Below, piece after piece: positions 60,401-64,000 of a stretch of DNA of 64,000 bases. The notes below the pieces were generated by a model. The model saw nothing but the letters and a program-made list of their open reading frames with translations. It had not been told where the DNA came from and ran no database searches. Within the stretch, counting starts at the first letter, position 1. Every line of letters starts with the position of its first letter. A program made the position numbers and the translations under genes. The stretch comes from an uncultured Actinomycetes bacterium (GTDB lineage: Bacteria > Actinomycetota > Thermoleophilia > RBG-16-64-13): NCBI GenBank assembly GCA_963841735.1, contig CAWJDT010000001.1:1024001-1088000 (forward strand), given 5' to 3'.

Positions 60401-60478
60401 TGAATAAATGGAGGGTCAGACAGACGCAAGAGGGGAGGAGCCACGAGGCTGGCCGAAGCAATAGGGGGGTGCGCGGGA

Positions 60479-61408
60479 ATGACTGATGACTTGCTCACGG
60501 GCGCCAGGCAACGTCGCGGGAGTTTTGAGTCGTTCATGCAGTCTCACTGCGGACGTCTTGTTCGGGCGCTCACCATGATCTCGTTAGACGGCGAGGCCGC
60601 GGCCTTGGCAACCACCGGGCGCACGGCCGAGGTGGTCTTCACCGCGAAGGAACCGGATATCACCACGGCGGAAGCCGAGGCTATGGGTATCAAGGACAAA
60701 CTGGCGAGCTTCTTCACAGAGTACACCGGCACCCCAGATCGGCGGCAGAATGTCGCTCTGACCACCCGGTACGCGAGCGACGTGATCTTGGCGCCCGGGG
60801 AGGAGTACGACTTCGACGAGCAGGTTGGCCCGCGCACTCGTGAGCGCGGATACCAGCAGGCCATGGGCTTGATAATCGCCCCTGGAGCCGCAGCCCTGAT
60901 AGACCCATTCCGCGGCGCTCTCTCTCAGGTCTCCACGACTCTTTTCAACGCGGCCTTCTACGCGGGGCTGGATATCGTGGAGCGCCACAATAGCTCCATC
61001 TACATCGACCATTACCCCACGGGCATGGATGCAGCCATCACTGAGGACGGCGACAACTTGCGTTTCAAGAACAACACGGATCACTACCTCTGGATAGTCG
61101 GGGAGTCCGACGGTATCACGACCACGTTCACCATCTACGGCACCGACGACGGCCGCAAGGTGAGCTATGAGGTCAGCGACCTCTACGATCTAGTGCTCCG
61201 CACGGAAGTCACTATTCCCTCTCCCCAAATGCCCGAAGGGACAAGCATCGTTAGCATGGGGGGGCAATCAGGAAAGCGATGCGAGGTCGTGCGCGCCATC
61301 ACTTGGGCCGACGGGTCTACGACAACAGACAGTTTCGCCAGCGTCTGGCCGATGATGCCGAAGGAAATCCAGGTGGGCACCGGAACGACCACGACGACCG
61401 CCCCGTAG
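60479..61408 (+). CDS. VanW-domain protein with an N-terminal ECF-sigma region-2-like fragment
   Basis: RRQNVAL, LAPGEEYDF..QVGPRTRERGY, SQVSTTLFNAAF, ERHNSS..YP.G.DA, LRFKN; first ~42 aa are sigma-like. Confidence 0.8.
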   Translation: MTDDLLTGARQRRGSFESFMQSHCGRLVRALTMISLDGEAAALATTGRTAEVVFTAKEPDITTAEAEAMGIKDKLASFFTEYTGTPDRRQNVALTTRYASDVILAPGEEYDFDEQVGPRTRERGYQQAMGLIIAPGAAALIDPFRGALSQVSTTLFNAAFYAGLDIVERHNSSIYIDHYPTGMDAAITEDGDNLRFKNNTDHYLWIVGESDGITTTFTIYGTDDGRKVSYEVSDLYDLVLRTEVTIPSPQMPEGTSIVSMGGQSGKRCEVVRAITWADGSTTTDSFASVWPMMPKEIQVGTGTTTTTAP

Positions 61409-61555
61409 CCAAGCGGCGCGGTGTGGAGCGGAGCTTTGGCACTAGGCTCCTAGCAGCGCCCGTACCGCGTTCGCCTGCTCGTGTCTGAACTCTGACGCGA
61501 CCACGTCTTCCAGCAGCTCGATGAGGCGCGGGACGCAGTCGCTCTGGTACGGCAA

Positions 61556-62500
61556 CTACTCGTCTCCGCGCGCGTTGGGCGCGGAGAGCCACGCCTTGAG
61601 CGCCGGTAGGCGCTCGAGCGTCTCGTCGTAGCCTTGGCGGTAGAGCGCGTCGAGTTTCGCCGGGTCTCGTTCCATGCGTTCGACGACTATCGGCCGGAGG
61701 GGTCGCAGGACGAAGGCTTCGCCGGTCAGTTCCCGCGACGCCAGCCGCTCGAGACAGGCGTCGTATTTCGCGCCGCGCTCGACTATCGCGCGGCGTATCG
61801 CGGGGTAGCGGGCCAGCGCAAGACGCAACCAGAGCCCCAGGCTTTGGGAGCCCATCCTGTAGCTCCCATTTCGTGTGAGCACGACGACATTGCGAGGGTT
61901 GCCGTCGCTGATGGAGCGTTCGATGGGGATGGGGTCGCTCACGCCTCCGTCGAGGTAGCGTCGCCCCTCGATTTTGACCGGCGGCGAAAGCACCGGTATG
62001 CTGCACGAGGCCCGATGTACGGTGTGCACAAACCAGCGCGCATCGTAGTCGCGCTGGCAGAAGTAGCGGGGCTGTCCGGTGGCGCAGTCGGTGGCGGCGA
62101 CCATGAGCGTCTGCTCGGCATTTCTGAGGGCGTCGTAGTCGAAGGGCGCCAACTCGTTGGGCAGCGTATCGAAGAGAAATCGCATGCCGAACCAACTGCG
62201 TTCGCGTAGGAGGTTGCCGTACCCCGCGTAGCGCCGGTCGGCGGCGAACTCCACGAAGACCTTGTAGTTGCGTTCGCGTTGGCGAACGACATAGTCTGCT
62301 CCGGCGTTCGCCCCAGCCGAGACACCGACGACGTAAGGGAAGGCGATGCCCTCGTCCAGAAACACGTCGAGCACCCCCGCGGTGTAGGCTGCCCGCATGC
62401 CGCCGCCCTCGAGCACGAGGCCGACGCCCGCCGTTGGGGCAGGCTCATGATTGGAAAGGGATTGACTGGGAGCGTTGTGGGCCGCGTGCATGTTCGTCAT
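61556..62500 (-). CDS. Patatin-like phospholipase (with DUF6363-type C-terminus)
   Basis: LEGGGMR..YTAGVLD, GVSAG, LDGGVSDPIP, VVLTR. Confidence 0.92.
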   Translation of the reverse strand: MTNMHAAHNAPSQSLSNHEPAPTAGVGLVLEGGGMRAAYTAGVLDVFLDEGIAFPYVVGVSAGANAGADYVVRQRERNYKVFVEFAADRRYAGYGNLLRERSWFGMRFLFDTLPNELAPFDYDALRNAEQTLMVAATDCATGQPRYFCQRDYDARWFVHTVHRASCSIPVLSPPVKIEGRRYLDGGVSDPIPIERSISDGNPRNVVVLTRNGSYRMGSQSLGLWLRLALARYPAIRRAIVERGAKYDACLERLASRELTGEAFVLRPLRPIVVERMERDPAKLDALYRQGYDETLERLPALKAWLSAPNARGDE

Positions 62501-62550
62501 GATAGCAGTGTGCTCGTGCGGCCCCGGGCACACCTTGACGCGGCGGTGGC

Positions 62551-62581
62551 CGTGTAATGCCGAAAGGCTGTCGCCAGCGTT
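62551..62581 (+). promoter_or_regulatory. Candidate autoregulatory ECF promoter
   Basis: CGTGTAATGCCG-N15-CGTT upstream of the ECF sigma gene. Confidence 0.55.
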
Positions 62582-62639
62582 GATAGGGCGAGTCGAGGAG
62601 TGAACGAGACGGTTTTGACGTCCATAGAAGGGCAGGGTG

Positions 62640-63197
62640 ATGAGGACGGCGACCAGCGCTTTGACAAGTGGACTCGGGCGACCAGCGGGGAGGCCGACCA
62701 CCTTTGGCCCGGCACAGTCGGCTCGGTTCGAGACGATCGTCCAGCGAAGCTCCGAGCGTCTTGTGCAGATGCTCGATCTCGTCTTCTTGGACCGAGAGCT
62801 TGCGGCCGACGCTGCCCAAGACGCGTTTGTGCAGCTCTATCTCCATTGGGACGAGGTAGGGGGTTCTGCCGAGCCGGAGGCCTGGGTGTACCGGGTAGCG
62901 GTCAATCGCTGCAAGGACCACCGGCGACGATTGGCGCGGGCGGGCCGACTGTTTAGCCGGCTGGCAGCCACGTCCCGTGCCGAGGAACATGGGGATGGGT
63001 GGGAGCCCGACGATGAGTTGGCCACCATTCTTCGCAGACTACCGGCGCGGCAACGCGTGGCAGTCGCTCTTTACTACCAGCTCGACATGTCTGTTGCTGA
63101 GGTCGCCCACACCATGGGCATCTCCGAAGGCGCCGTGAGCAGCCACCTCGACCGAGCGCGCCGAACTCTCAAGGAAGTGTTGGAGGTACAGCGATGA
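62640..63197 (+). CDS. ECF RNA polymerase sigma factor (SigE-like)
   Basis: DRELAADAAQDAF, AWVYRVAVN, LPARQRVAVAL, EVAHTMGISEGAVSSHLDRAR; start uncertain. Confidence 0.92.
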   Translation: MRTATSALTSGLGRPAGRPTTFGPAQSARFETIVQRSSERLVQMLDLVFLDRELAADAAQDAFVQLYLHWDEVGGSAEPEAWVYRVAVNRCKDHRRRLARAGRLFSRLAATSRAEEHGDGWEPDDELATILRRLPARQRVAVALYYQLDMSVAEVAHTMGISEGAVSSHLDRARRTLKEVLEVQR

Positions 63198-64000
63198 CTA
63201 CCCCCCAGATAGGCTACACGCAAGAATCTGACGCCGCCCTCAAGGAGCTTTGCGGGAAGCACGCGAGACCGCTTGACGTCGACCGTTTTGAAAGAGGACT
63301 GCAGGCTCGACTGGCCTCCGCGAAGAAGCGAGAGCGCCGTCGCCCCGTGGTGCGCAGGCTGAGCCTTGCAGCCGTCGGGCTGGTGCTGGCGGCCGGCGTC
63401 GGCGTAGGCGCCTGGCAGGCGGTGGAGCACCTGCGTCAGCCTAACGACACGCTGGTGCTGAGTGATGCCGTCGAGTCTATGGACAGCCAAGGCTCAGGTC
63501 TTGGCTGGCTGAGTCTGCAGGTGCCCCGCTCCGTCTCGGAGTTCAGGCTGGCTGATCTCTGGGAGGAAGTGGCCACCCGTCTGGGCGTGGATCCCTCCAC
63601 GGCCTCGCTCCGTTTCATCCAAATCGACTGGGACAAGGATGGCCTGCTCTCCATTCTGCAGGTTCAGGCGGGCACACCCGATGGGCGGGACATCACGATG
63701 TCCGCCTTTGCCGAGCCGGGTACCGACGCGCAGCAGATCGAGGTCCGCGGCTCGACAAGTCCAAGCCTTCTGGGGACAGCAAGCGAACGAGCGTTGCGTC
63801 CCGGCAGTCCGAGTTTTAAAGAGACCGTCTTTGTCGGCGTCGACGCCTTCCTCTCGGCACTGGACGGCCCCGGCCTGATGGAGATAGCCGCGCAGTCGGG
63901 GCTCGACATCTACAGCGACCCGGCCGAATCCTTTCAGACCAAGCCGACTGACGGCTACTCTCTCCCCGGGGCTGAATTGCCGGCGGGACAGACCATCAAT
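63194..64000 (+). CDS. Single-TM protein, putative anti-sigma factor (3' end outside window)
   Basis: ATGA overlap with sigma. Manual translation MTTPQIGY...RRLSLAAVGLVLAAGVGVGAW..., apparently open to the window end. Confidence 0.7.
   Translation, partial: MTTPQIGYTQESDAALKELCGKHARPLDVDRFERGLQARLASAKKRERRRPVVRRLSLAAVGLVLAAGVGVGAWQAVEHLRQPNDTLVLSDAVESMDSQGSGLGWLSLQVPRSVSEFRLADLWEEVATRLGVDPSTASLRFIQIDWDKDGLLSILQVQAGTPDGRDITMSAFAEPGTDAQQIEVRGSTSPSLLGTASERALRPGSPSFKETVFVGVDAFLSALDGPGLMEIAAQSGLDIYSDPAESFQTKPTDGYSLPGAELPAGQTIN

Noticed and set aside
62600-62956. Alternative GTG ORF with a GAGGAG RBS overlapping the sigma 5' end
   Set aside because: No recognisable protein. It might reflect a frameshifted true sigma start, but this cannot be decided from the sequence alone.

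Overview
High-GC chromosomal segment, most consistent with an anaerobic monoderm bacterium (Actinomycetota, possibly Thermoleophilia-like; this placement is inference). It holds about 50 genes: anaerobic redox enzymes (double-cubane-type reductase, W/Mo aldehyde:ferredoxin oxidoreductase), transporters (ABC, MFS, MMPL), c-di-GMP and two-component signalling, gltX with tRNA-Glu(CTC), purC, a cysteine synthase and a PPi-type PFK. I saw no integrase, transposase, prophage gene or CRISPR array. The most notable locus is a tight minus-strand operon ftsH - heliorhodopsin - membrane 4Fe-4S protein (11392-15826). Its heliorhodopsin keeps the retinal Lys and counterion Glu but has both conserved His replaced by Leu. 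Other oddities: an ECF-sigma/VanW chimeric gene sharing a promoter motif with a nearby intact ECF sigma; an SDR + ERG4/ERG24 sterol-reductase-like pair; and a cluster of at least seven +1 frameshifts in 30.0-33.2 kb, probably sequencing error. All family calls come from motif recognition by eye; no searches were run.
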